This document shows positions 19,159 to 29,417 of a stretch of 64,000 nucleotides of DNA, piece by piece; the first letter of the stretch is position 1; each line of letters begins with the position of its first letter. Source of the stretch: Vicingus sp. (lineage in GTDB: Bacteria; Bacteroidota; Bacteroidia; Flavobacteriales_E; Vicingaceae); NCBI GenBank assembly GCA_036171675.1, contig JAVHRO010000080.1, forward strand, positions 10,413 to 74,412, read 5' to 3'. The notes under the pieces were generated by a model that saw only the letters and a program-made list of their open reading frames with translations, was not told where the DNA came from and did no database searches. The translations under genes were made by a program, and so were the position numbers.

Positions 19159-19166
19159 CAAAGGTA
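19159..19166 (-). promoter_or_regulatory. Bacteroidota -7 element
   Basis: TACCTTTG on the minus strand 8 nt before the TTG at 19150. Confidence 0.5.
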
Positions 19167-19380
19167 GTGATAGTGATTAATAATGCTTGAATTCAATCTT
19201 CAAAATCAAAAAAAATTATTGCAAATATACTGTTCTCGCCACTTTTTTGTGTCATATGTTACCACACATAAATCGAACAAACATTTTTGTTAATTTTAAC
19301 CAACAAATAGGCTTAATTTTTAAGCTATTCGTTATAAAACAACCATAATTCAAATTTTTGACACCAAAACTCTAATAAAC

Positions 19381-19510
19381 TACCTCGGGGCAGAGCCCCA
19401 GAGGTATTAGTGAATAACAGCCACAGATTCACTGATTTTCAAAAATCTTTTTTAATCTGTGAATCTGTGGCAAAAAAAATCGAAGCAGAGCTTCGAGGAA
19501 TTAAACCTAA
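19381..19510. repeat. Cluster of REP-like hairpins
   Basis: tacctcggggcagagccccagaggta (19381-19406); gccacagattcac...gtgaatctgtggc (19420-19471); related gaagcagagcttcgagg. Confidence 0.7.
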
Positions 19511-19579
19511 AGAGATTGAATTGCAGCAAGGTGGTTGGTAAGCTATTTTAGACCATTTTAAAAAGTATGTGGATGAAAA

Positions 19580-20380
19580 TTAACCCCTTTCCACCAAAAA
19601 CCAGGAATTTAACAGGTTTTCTTTGTTGTAGAGCATTCGTTTTTTGGTTTCCCAGTTCATTACCTCTGCACCAGAAGCTACAGCAATGGCTTGTCCTGCA
19701 GCGGTGTCCCATTCCATGGTTGGAGCAAAACGCGGGTAACTATCGGCACTGCCTTCGGCAACCATACATAATTTTAACGAGCTTCCTTTCGAAAGCATAT
19801 CCACCTCAGCGTGTTTTGTCCGTTGTTCGTTCATGTACGCTTCAGTTTCGGCGCTCATGTGGGAACGGCTTCCTACAACAATAAAGTTTTTTCTGTTGTA
19901 TTTTAAAGGCAATTTTTTTGAACCAATTATTAATTTTTTTATATCGGTAACTGGAGGGTGGAGATTGCAAATTTTGTAAGCTCCAATGGTTAAATCAGAA
20001 AAATACATCTCTTCGGTTACTGGTACATAAATTACTCCCATGATAGCCTCTCCATTTTCAATTAGGGCAATGTTTACAGTAAATTCGCCATTGCGTTTTA
20101 CAAATTCTCTGGTTCCGTCCAATGGGTCGACCATCCAAAATTGTTTCCACGTTTTTCTAATTTCATAAGGAGTTTGTTTGCCTTCTTCGCTTAATATGGG
20201 TAAATGGGTTATCTCTAATAATTTTTCGATAGCTAAATGAGCATTTTTATCCGCTAGAGTTAATGGTGTGTTGTCTTCCTTATGCTCCACTATAAATTCC
20301 GATTTGTATATGGTAAGAATTTCCTCTCCACCTTTTAATGCGGCATTTATGGCTGTAATCAATAATTGTTCTCTAGTCAT
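19580..20380 (-). CDS. cysQ: 3'(2'),5'-bisphosphate nucleotidase CysQ
   Basis: PLTLAD, LSEEG, VDPLDGTREF, GEFTVNIAL, EWDTAAG. Confidence 0.95.
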   Translation of the reverse strand: MTREQLLITAINAALKGGEEILTIYKSEFIVEHKEDNTPLTLADKNAHLAIEKLLEITHLPILSEEGKQTPYEIRKTWKQFWMVDPLDGTREFVKRNGEFTVNIALIENGEAIMGVIYVPVTEEMYFSDLTIGAYKICNLHPPVTDIKKLIIGSKKLPLKYNRKNFIVVGSRSHMSAETEAYMNEQRTKHAEVDMLSKGSSLKLCMVAEGSADSYPRFAPTMEWDTAAGQAIAVASGAEVMNWETKKRMLYNKENLLNSWFLVERG

Positions 20381-21286
20381 TTAACCAAAATAATTGTTCA
20401 ATTCAGGTTTATTTATTTTTTGTGCAATTTCGTTTAAAATGGCATTGGCTAATCGGCTCGCACCAAATCTAAACAAATGATTGTTTAGCCACTCGTGGCC
20501 TAAGGTCTGCTCAACTAATTTTAAATAATTTTTAGCGGTTTCAACATCACCAATTCCCCCAGCCGGTTTCATCCCTACTTTTATACCTGTAGCTTTATAA
20601 AAATCGTTGATAGCATTTAACATGATATAAACCGAGTTGTAGGTGGCTCCCTCAGTAATTTTACCTGTTGATGTTTTTATAAAATCAGCCCCTGCATACA
20701 TGGCCAAATCACTGGCAATTCGAATATTTTTATTGTTTTGAAGTTCTCCACTTTCAATAATTACTTTTAAATGGATATCGCCGCAACACTTTTTAATGGC
20801 TACAATTTCATCAAAAACTTCTTGGTAATTACCTTCCAATAATTTCCCTCTCGAAATCACCATGTCAATTTCTGTTGCACCTTGTTGAATGGTCCAATCA
20901 ATCTCGTTTAATTTAACGTCAAGGTTAGACTGGCCAGATGGAAAAGCTCCAGCAACACAAGCGGTATTAACATTAGTGTTTGCTAATTTTGAGCTCACTA
21001 AATTGGCAAAAGTAGGATATACACATATTGCAGCTACATTGCTAAATTCGATATATTGATCAAGGGCAACCACTTTATCGCTCATCTTACCAATTTTAGT
21101 GTTGGTGTCGGCACCCTCTAACGAAGTTAAATCCAGCAAACTAAACAGTAATTTTAAAAACTCAACATCTTTAGCACGATTGAAATCGTTTGCTAATTTT
21201 GCTTTAATTTCACTAGAAAAATCGTTACTAATTACAAAAGAATCGTTAAGACTTGGAATATCTTTAATGTTTGAAATTGGAATCAT
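20381..21286 (-). CDS. deoC: Deoxyribose-phosphate aldolase
   Basis: LDLTSLEG, AAICVYP, GATEIDMVI, LKVIIESGEL, DFIKTSTGK, KPAGGI, FRFGAS. Confidence 0.95.
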   Translation of the reverse strand: MIPISNIKDIPSLNDSFVISNDFSSEIKAKLANDFNRAKDVEFLKLLFSLLDLTSLEGADTNTKIGKMSDKVVALDQYIEFSNVAAICVYPTFANLVSSKLANTNVNTACVAGAFPSGQSNLDVKLNEIDWTIQQGATEIDMVISRGKLLEGNYQEVFDEIVAIKKCCGDIHLKVIIESGELQNNKNIRIASDLAMYAGADFIKTSTGKITEGATYNSVYIMLNAINDFYKATGIKVGMKPAGGIGDVETAKNYLKLVEQTLGHEWLNNHLFRFGASRLANAILNEIAQKINKPELNNYFG

Positions 21287-21319
21287 TTTATACGTTTATT
21301 AAATTCTTAATTTTGTTTT

Positions 21320-21931
21320 ATGATGTTAACTAATCAAAATAATATCTTTCCTATTTTCGATAGCATTTTACAAAGAAAAGATAAAGAATCGTTACTTCGA
21401 CAAAAATCGGTAGTAATTTGGTTAACAGGGCTGTCAGGTTCTGGTAAAACCACCATTGCTATTGGGCTAGAAAAAGCGTTAAATGCTAAAGGAATATTAA
21501 CTCAAATTTTAGATGGCGACAATATTAGAGCAGGAATTAATAATAATTTAGGCTTTAGTGATGAAGACCGAACCGAAAATATTAGAAGAATTGCAGAGGT
21601 TTCCAAGTTGTTTTTAAACTGTGGCATTGTAACCATCAATTGTTTTGTGAGTCCTACCCATGAAATTCGACAACAAGCAAAATTGATTATTGGTGAAGAA
21701 GACTTTTTAGAAATTTTCATCAACACCCCTATAGAAATTTGTGAACAACGCGATGTAAAAGGCTTGTATAAAAAAGCCAGAGCTGGAGCAATAAAAGATT
21801 TTACAGGAATAAGTTCTCCTTTTGAAACTCCAACAAAGCCCTTTTTGGAAGTAAAAACTGTTAATAAAACCATCGACGAATCGGTAAATGAAATTCTCGA
21901 CAAAGTTGTATCAAAAATTAAATTCCATTAA
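21320..21931 (+). CDS. cysC: Adenylyl-sulfate kinase
   Basis: WLTGLSGSGKTT, LDGDNIR, RDVKGLY, FTGISSPFE. Confidence 0.97.
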   Translation: MMLTNQNNIFPIFDSILQRKDKESLLRQKSVVIWLTGLSGSGKTTIAIGLEKALNAKGILTQILDGDNIRAGINNNLGFSDEDRTENIRRIAEVSKLFLNCGIVTINCFVSPTHEIRQQAKLIIGEEDFLEIFINTPIEICEQRDVKGLYKKARAGAIKDFTGISSPFETPTKPFLEVKTVNKTIDESVNEILDKVVSKIKFH

Positions 21932-22263
21932 TGGTTAAGTCTGTATTATTATTTTTACTCATCGTGCTTTCTATGCAAATAAGCGCTATAACTCTACCAA
22001 CCGATTCTGTTGCAGTAGATTCAATGGATACCAAGCCTGCAACTACTAGAAAGCATGTACGTGCCAAAGCAATAATTTTTACCATTTTAACAGGCCCACT
22101 TGGTGGACATCGAATTTACCTTGGAACCAGACCAGGTGCTCCAATAATTTACGCCGTTACATTAGGCGGGTTAGGTATTTTACCTGTTATAGATTTGTTT
22201 AACATTATTTTTACGAAAGACCTATCGGTATTTGAACAAAATAAAAAAATTATTATGTGGTAG
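21931..22263 (+). CDS. TM2 domain-containing protein
   Basis: ILTGPLGGHRIYLG...TLGGLGILPVID. Confidence 0.85.
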   Translation: MVKSVLLFLLIVLSMQISAITLPTDSVAVDSMDTKPATTRKHVRAKAIIFTILTGPLGGHRIYLGTRPGAPIIYAVTLGGLGILPVIDLFNIIFTKDLSVFEQNKKIIMW

Positions 22264-22286
22264 CATAACTCAACTCAGTAAAAAAT

Positions 22287-23267
22287 ATGGTAAAAATTGG
22301 TAACATCGAATTAGGGGATTTTCCATTAATATTAGCTCCCATGGAAGATGTGAGTGACCCTCCTTTTCGTGCGTTGTGTAAAAAACATGGTGCCGATTTA
22401 ATGTTCACCGAATTTATTTCATCAGAAGGATTAATTAGAGATGCTGCAAAAAGTAGAAAAAAGTTAGATATTTTTGAATACGAACGCCCCATTGGTATTC
22501 AGATTTATGGCAACGACATTGAATCTATGCGTATTGCAACCGATGTAACCACTCAAGCTATGCCCGATATTATTGATATCAACTTCGGTTGTCCAGTAAA
22601 AAAAGTAGCTTGTAAAGGTTCGGGGGCTGGTATTTTAAAAGACATTCCAAAAATGGTGAGCTTAACCGCCGAAATTGTAAATTCGACCCATTTGCCTGTA
22701 ACGGTTAAAACTCGTTTAGGGTGGGACGATAAATCAAAACACATCGTGGAAGTTGCCGAACGACTACAAGATGTGGGTATAAAAGCCATTTCTATACATG
22801 GAAGAACGCGTTCACAAATGTATAAAGGAGAAGCCGATTGGAGCCTAATTGGAGAAGTAAAAAATAATCCAAGAATGCACATTCCTATTTTTGGTAATGG
22901 CGATGTTACCACACCTGAAAAAACTAAAGAAAACAGAGATAGGTTTGGTGTTGATGGGGTTATGATAGGACGAGCTAGTATCGGCTATCCTTGGATTTTT
23001 AATGAAATAAAACATTTTTTAACTACTGGCACACATTTAGAAAAGCCAACTATTCAACAAAGGTTAGAAGCGGTAAAAGAACATATACGTTTGGCAGTAG
23101 AATGGAAAGGTGAAATGGTGGGTTTACTAGAAATGCGCTCGCACTATGGTAATTATTTTAAAGGAACTGCCGATTTTAAAGATTACCGCAGGGCATTAGT
23201 TACCGCAAAAAACCTCAACGAAATTAACGACGTACTACACGCCATTGAGCAACACATTATTCGTTAA
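22287..23267 (+). CDS. dusB: tRNA-dihydrouridine synthase DusB
   Basis: LAPME, TEFISSEG, DINFGCP, TVKTRLG, IHGRTR, GNGDV. Confidence 0.95.
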   Translation: MVKIGNIELGDFPLILAPMEDVSDPPFRALCKKHGADLMFTEFISSEGLIRDAAKSRKKLDIFEYERPIGIQIYGNDIESMRIATDVTTQAMPDIIDINFGCPVKKVACKGSGAGILKDIPKMVSLTAEIVNSTHLPVTVKTRLGWDDKSKHIVEVAERLQDVGIKAISIHGRTRSQMYKGEADWSLIGEVKNNPRMHIPIFGNGDVTTPEKTKENRDRFGVDGVMIGRASIGYPWIFNEIKHFLTTGTHLEKPTIQQRLEAVKEHIRLAVEWKGEMVGLLEMRSHYGNYFKGTADFKDYRRALVTAKNLNEINDVLHAIEQHIIR

Positions 23268-23269
23268 TG

Positions 23270-24022
23270 TTATTTTGCCTTGTTAGCCTTTTTAATGTAA
23301 AGCTCTAGCGCTTTAGTCATGGATGGTGATTCTGGTTTTGGAGCCGAAATATCTACAATAAGTCCAGCTTTTTCAGCCGCATGCAATGTGGTTGGACCAA
23401 ACACCGCAATTCTAGTATTATTTTGTTTAAACTTAGGAAAATTTTGAAACAACGATTTTATTCCTGAAGGGCTAAAAAATACCAACACATCGTAATTCAC
23501 ATCCGATAAATCCGACAAATCGCTACAAACCGTGCGATATAGGGTGGCTATACTATATTTAATACCAAATTCATCAAGCAATTCAGGTATGTTTTGTCTT
23601 AAAATATCGGCACTTGGCAACAAAAAATTAGCGTCTTTATGTTTCTTTATCACCGTCATTAAATCTGCAAAGGTTTGTTGACCAAAAAATATTTTTCTTT
23701 TTCGGTAAACAATATACTTTTGAAGATATAAAGCTGTAGATTCCGAAATACAGAAATATTTAACCTCTTCCGAAATTGTTACCCTCATTTCTTCAGCCAT
23801 TCTAAAGTAATGATCAACTGCATTTCTACTCGTAAAAATAACAGCATCATGTTCTAATAAATTAACTTTCTGTAATCGAAACTCTTTTGCAGGGACACCT
23901 TCAACATGTATGAAAGATCGAAAATCAATTTTTACTTTACACAATTCAGCTAAATCAAAATATGGGGATTTTTCCGTTTCCGGTTTGGGTTGAGAAACTA
24001 AAATACTTTTTACTTTCAGCAT
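23270..24022 (-). CDS. hemD: Uroporphyrinogen-III synthase
   Basis: ILVSQP, VIFTSRNAV, LYRTV, VFFSPSGI, FGPTT. Confidence 0.88.
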   Translation of the reverse strand: MLKVKSILVSQPKPETEKSPYFDLAELCKVKIDFRSFIHVEGVPAKEFRLQKVNLLEHDAVIFTSRNAVDHYFRMAEEMRVTISEEVKYFCISESTALYLQKYIVYRKRKIFFGQQTFADLMTVIKKHKDANFLLPSADILRQNIPELLDEFGIKYSIATLYRTVCSDLSDLSDVNYDVLVFFSPSGIKSLFQNFPKFKQNNTRIAVFGPTTLHAAEKAGLIVDISAPKPESPSMTKALELYIKKANKAK

Positions 24023-24056
24023 TTTCCTAATGTTTTGTGTTTTAGTCGAATTGGCG

Positions 24057-24857
24057 TTATTTAAAGATAAAAAACTTGCCTAAAACGACTAATGGTAAAA
24101 TTTCGAGCGTACAAATGTACAAAATAATATATAAAAATGAAACTTTAAAGGAAATACCCATTACAAAAAAACGCATAAATCTGATAATTAGACTAATAAG
24201 AATTAATGGGATAATGATATAGAATAAAATGGTATGACTAGCAATATGAGAGAAATACATTAGCGCAATAGCTGGGATTAGTAATAAGCCTAGCAAATAA
24301 TTATAAAGTAACAAATTGTAGGAATATGAAGGAAGTATTTCAACTTGAGAAAAAATAATGGCTAAAAGAGCGTTAAACAAAAATTTAAGTGCATAGCTCA
24401 ATATAACTAAACCAACTATTTGAAGGAATAATAATAAACCCACATCAAGCCGACCATAACGAATACTTACGGAATAAATTAACAAAGAAGTAGTGAATAA
24501 AAAAATCAAGAATAACCCTAAATTTACTCGATGAAAAAACACTTTTTCATCTCTAACAACTTCATTAGCGGAGTAATATGAAAATAACGACTTGTAAATT
24601 TGATTAAACCGATTTATTCCAAATGCCCTTATAAACGCCAATATTAAAACGGAAATTGTTAATATTATTGATGGCCATGTTGTGTTCACCGCAACATTTA
24701 TAGTTGGTTGAAAAGATATTTTTTGATCTTGTTTTAAAAGTTTTGTAGTATTAACCTTAACTTTTCGAACCGGGATTTTGCTGGTATTGCCTAATTCAAA
24801 AGCCACTGAATCTTGAACTATGGTGTCGTTTTGTATGATGGTGGTTGGGGTTGGCAC
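24057..24857 (-). CDS. DUF4271 domain membrane protein
   Basis: Multi-TM; C-terminal YIILYICTLEILP; upstream of hemD in the same orientation. Confidence 0.8.
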   Translation of the reverse strand: MPTPTTIIQNDTIVQDSVAFELGNTSKIPVRKVKVNTTKLLKQDQKISFQPTINVAVNTTWPSIILTISVLILAFIRAFGINRFNQIYKSLFSYYSANEVVRDEKVFFHRVNLGLFLIFLFTTSLLIYSVSIRYGRLDVGLLLFLQIVGLVILSYALKFLFNALLAIIFSQVEILPSYSYNLLLYNYLLGLLLIPAIALMYFSHIASHTILFYIIIPLILISLIIRFMRFFVMGISFKVSFLYIILYICTLEILPLVVLGKFFIFK

Positions 24858-25108
24858 TTCAATAAAACTATTTGTGTGTGTTTACTTTTTTCGAACATAA
24901 ATTTCTGAGCAATATTCAACTTTTATTCATTCTAAAAACGTTTTCTTGCTAACTTACATAGTAAGACTAACCGCATCAATTTGTGGAATGAAATAAATAA
25001 AATTACTCATTCCTACAAAAATAGTTTATTTGAAGGGTTTGGGAAATAATTGTTTTAAATAATTATTTAACCCGTTATGCATTTAGAAGAATTTTTAATA
25101 AAAAATTT

Positions 25109-25151
25109 GTCACTTCGATTGTCTCGCAGTAATGCGGGATGTATCAAGAAG
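25109..25151. repeat. REP-like repeat, copy 2
   Basis: gtcacttcgattgtctcgcagtaatgcgggatgtatcaagaag; matches 1523-1565. Confidence 0.65.
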
Positions 25152-25286
25152 AGAAAAAACTTTGTAAAATTCCATTTAAAATTTGGCGAATCTTGTTTTT
25201 ATACAAAACAATATATTGTATAATGAGTATCGTTTCACAATATTCAATCGAATTTCAATTTTATTGTAAAAAAATCAAAATAAAAT

Positions 25287-25316
25287 TTTGTAATTAAAAT
25301 TTTTGTTTTACTTTTG
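25287..25316 (+). promoter_or_regulatory. Bacteroidota sigma-A promoter of the met operon
   Basis: TTTG (25287-25290), 18 nt spacer, TACTTTTG (25309-25316). Confidence 0.65.
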
Positions 25317-25358
25317 CCCCATCAATCATTTACAAGTTCTGTAAAAAGTTTTTGTAAC

Positions 25359-25486
25359 TGTTTATAAAGAAGAAGCGAGAGATTAGGCTCTATGACCTTC
25401 TGGCAACCAACTTAAAGTCCCGATAAAAAGGGATTGGAAAACAGGTGCCAAATCCTAACCACGTCTTAGGCGTGGGAAAATAAATA
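25359..25486 (+). ncRNA. SAM-I (S-box) riboswitch
   Basis: P1 tgtttat/ataaata; aaagaagaagcgagagattaggctctatgacc P2 kink-turn region; tggcaacc...ggtgcca P3; aatcc; ccacg/cgtgg P4; upstream of metY. Confidence 0.88.
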
Positions 25487-25495
25487 AATTACAAA

Positions 25496-25651
25496 ATGAA
25501 AACAAAAGCAAAAAACCAACTCAACAACTCCGAGAGATTTTCGAATCTTAAGAACGGGATTACTTCGGTCTTCCAACTTCGGTCTTCCGACTCTTTTACT
25601 GAATCCTTTTCAGCAAAAATGATGTGTTGCATGTGCTGTTGCATGTGTTAA
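25496..25651 (+). CDS. Met/Cys-rich leader peptide (uORF, 51 aa)
   Basis: MKTKAKNQLNNSERFSNLKNGITSVFQLRSSDSFTESFSAKMMCCMCCCMC*; last 10 codons all Met or Cys; AT-rich initiation context. Confidence 0.75.
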   Translation: MKTKAKNQLNNSERFSNLKNGITSVFQLRSSDSFTESFSAKMMCCMCCCMC

Positions 25652-25783
25652 TACATCTTTATTTCAAATAACATTCTCGAAAATTAAGATGTAGGTTTTC
25701 CTAAAGGAACAACCATATCCTGTAATAGCTATTTTTTCAAAAATCAGTAAACCAATTAATTATTTATAAATCTTAAAAACTAA

Positions 25784-27133
<1,350 letters not shown>

Positions 27134-27136
27134 ACC

Positions 27137-28186
27137 ATGAACACTCAACAGTTTAAATACAACAACAAATTTCAATTGGAATCGGGAAGAACACTTCCTG
27201 AATTCCAATTGGGATTTACTACATTGGGCAAACTAAATGCTGCAAAAGATAATGTCATTTGGATTACTCATGCGTTAACAGCCAACTCCAATCCTGAAGA
27301 ATGGTGGAATGGTTTAGTGGGCAAGGGAAAGTTTTTTAATCCTGAACAACATTTTATTGTTTGTGCCAATATGTTGGGGTCGCCTTATGGTTCAACCAAT
27401 CCTTTATCGGTAAACCCGCAAACAGGAAATAAGTATTATCATCATTTTCCAACACTCACCATTCGAGATATTGTAAATGCCTTTGAGTTACTGCGTCAAT
27501 ATTTGGGAATTATCAAAATCAATACGTTGGTAGGTGGTTCATTGGGCGGACAACAAGCTTTAGAGTGGGCAATACAACAACCTGAATTAATAGAAAACCT
27601 GTTTTTAATTGCCACCAATGCCCAACATTCGCCATGGGGAATTGCTTTTAACGAAAGTCAGCGTTTGGCGATAAAAGCCGACAGAACATGGTTTTCATAC
27701 AGTGATGATGCCGGAATAAAAGGTTTAAAGGCTGCCCGGGCAATTGCTTTGTTGAGTTATAGAAACTACCAAACCTATCAAATTTCACAAGAAGATTTGG
27801 AAGAAAAAACAGATGATTTCAATGCTGCTTCTTACCAAAATTACCAAGGCGAAAAATTGGTAAATCGGTTTAATGCTTATTCATATTGGCAGTTGTCAAA
27901 AGCAATGGATAGCCACCATGTGGGACGAAACAGAGGGAGTATTGTTCAAGCATTAAATTTAATACAAGCAAACACGTTGGTAGTCGCAATTGAGTCTGAT
28001 GTGTTGTTTCCTGTTTCTGAGTCGGTTACGTTGAAAGAAAATATCAAAAATAGTGAGTTGAAAATTATAGATTCGCTTTACGGACACGATGGATTTCTAT
28101 TAGAAACCGAACAATTAAAAAACATTTTTGAAAATTTTTACATCACCAAAAAACTAAAAAAAGAAATTTATGAGTACACCGACTAA
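27137..28186 (+). CDS. metX: Homoserine O-acyltransferase MetX
   Basis: HALTANS, GGSLGG nucleophile, SDVLFP, GHDGFL. Confidence 0.93.
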   Translation: MNTQQFKYNNKFQLESGRTLPEFQLGFTTLGKLNAAKDNVIWITHALTANSNPEEWWNGLVGKGKFFNPEQHFIVCANMLGSPYGSTNPLSVNPQTGNKYYHHFPTLTIRDIVNAFELLRQYLGIIKINTLVGGSLGGQQALEWAIQQPELIENLFLIATNAQHSPWGIAFNESQRLAIKADRTWFSYSDDAGIKGLKAARAIALLSYRNYQTYQISQEDLEEKTDDFNAASYQNYQGEKLVNRFNAYSYWQLSKAMDSHHVGRNRGSIVQALNLIQANTLVVAIESDVLFPVSESVTLKENIKNSELKIIDSLYGHDGFLLETEQLKNIFENFYITKKLKKEIYEYTD

Positions 28187-29387
28187 AAACATAGGGCTTA
28201 TAGGGTTTGGCACAGTTGGAAATGGGTTCTACAACTATTTAGTACAAAACAACGAAGACAAGCAATTGGCAACCGTAGTTATAAAAAATGCATCGAAAAG
28301 TAGAATACCTGATACGTTGAATTTTACAACCGATGTAAATGAAGTTTATAAAAACAAAGAAATAAACACCGTTGTAGAATTAATCAGCGATGATAAAGAG
28401 GCATTCAACATCGTAAAAAAAGCCTTATTACAAGGCAAAAGTGTAGTTTCGGCAAACAAAAAAATGATTGCTCACCATTTGGAAGAGTTGGTGGAATTGG
28501 AGCAACAATTCGGCGGTAAATTTTTATACGAAGGAGCTGTTGCTGGTAGTATTCCCATCCTAAAAATCATTAACGAACACTATGCTTTTGATGAAATTAC
28601 CGAAATACGTGGCATTTTAAACGGAACATCCAACTACATTTTAACTCAACTTTTCGAGAAAGGAATGGATTATAAGGAAGCATTAAAACAAGCTCAAGAA
28701 GCTGGATTTGCAGAGGTTAATCCAGCATCAGATGTAGAAGGTTATGATGCACTTTATAAGTTGTTAATTTTAGCTGCTCATGCTTTTGGTAAATTTATTT
28801 TACCCGAAAAAGTATTAGCTATTGGTATCAACAATATAAAACCAGTTGATATTACTTTTGCTAAAAGGAATAATTTAACCATTAAATTGTTAGGTTCTGT
28901 CAAAAACATAAACAATAAACTTACCTTAAGTGTTATCTCAACTTTTGTTGATGAAAGTGACGAATTATACCCTATTAAAAATGAATACAATGCAGTTGAA
29001 GTAATTTCTAAAAACTTAGGTTCTCAATTGTATAAAGGTAAAGGTGCCGGGTGCTTACCTACAGGGCATGTGGTTTATACCGATTATAAATCTATTGAAA
29101 GTGCAAAATATACTTATAAAAATACCTCATCGGGAAAACGAATAAAACACGAAACCAATCAAACTATTTGGTTGTATTCTGATAAGATTGCACTTTTAGA
29201 GAACTATTTAGATGATGTTGTTTTCTTTGGTGGTTCTCAAGGTTATGGCAACATTAAAATTGCCGATTTAATAAAAACAAAAAATTTAATACATATTCAC
29301 AATATTTCAATCGTTGCAATACCTGAAAAAATAGTAAAAAAGTTAACTTTGAACATTAAAAATATTGAGCTAATAGAATATGTTTAA
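28170..29387 (+). CDS. hom: Homoserine dehydrogenase (stand-alone)
   Basis: GLIGFGTVG, VVSANK, YEGAVAGSIP, GILNGTSNYIL, DVEGYDA..K. Confidence 0.92.
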   Translation: MSTPTKNIGLIGFGTVGNGFYNYLVQNNEDKQLATVVIKNASKSRIPDTLNFTTDVNEVYKNKEINTVVELISDDKEAFNIVKKALLQGKSVVSANKKMIAHHLEELVELEQQFGGKFLYEGAVAGSIPILKIINEHYAFDEITEIRGILNGTSNYILTQLFEKGMDYKEALKQAQEAGFAEVNPASDVEGYDALYKLLILAAHAFGKFILPEKVLAIGINNIKPVDITFAKRNNLTIKLLGSVKNINNKLTLSVISTFVDESDELYPIKNEYNAVEVISKNLGSQLYKGKGAGCLPTGHVVYTDYKSIESAKYTYKNTSSGKRIKHETNQTIWLYSDKIALLENYLDDVVFFGGSQGYGNIKIADLIKTKNLIHIHNISIVAIPEKIVKKLTLNIKNIELIEYV

Positions 29388-29417
29388 AATGGCTTTTTTG
29401 TTTTATTACGGTGCAAT

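Noticed and set aside
19567-19884. Antisense shadow ORFs (also 278..466, 1843..2112, 15228..15518, 21502..21903, 22553..22912, 42026..42370, 46590..46946, 57968..58315, 59256..59684, 62742..63194 and similar)
   Set aside because: They lie opposite or within well-supported genes, show no motifs, and have the composition expected from reverse-frame codon bias.
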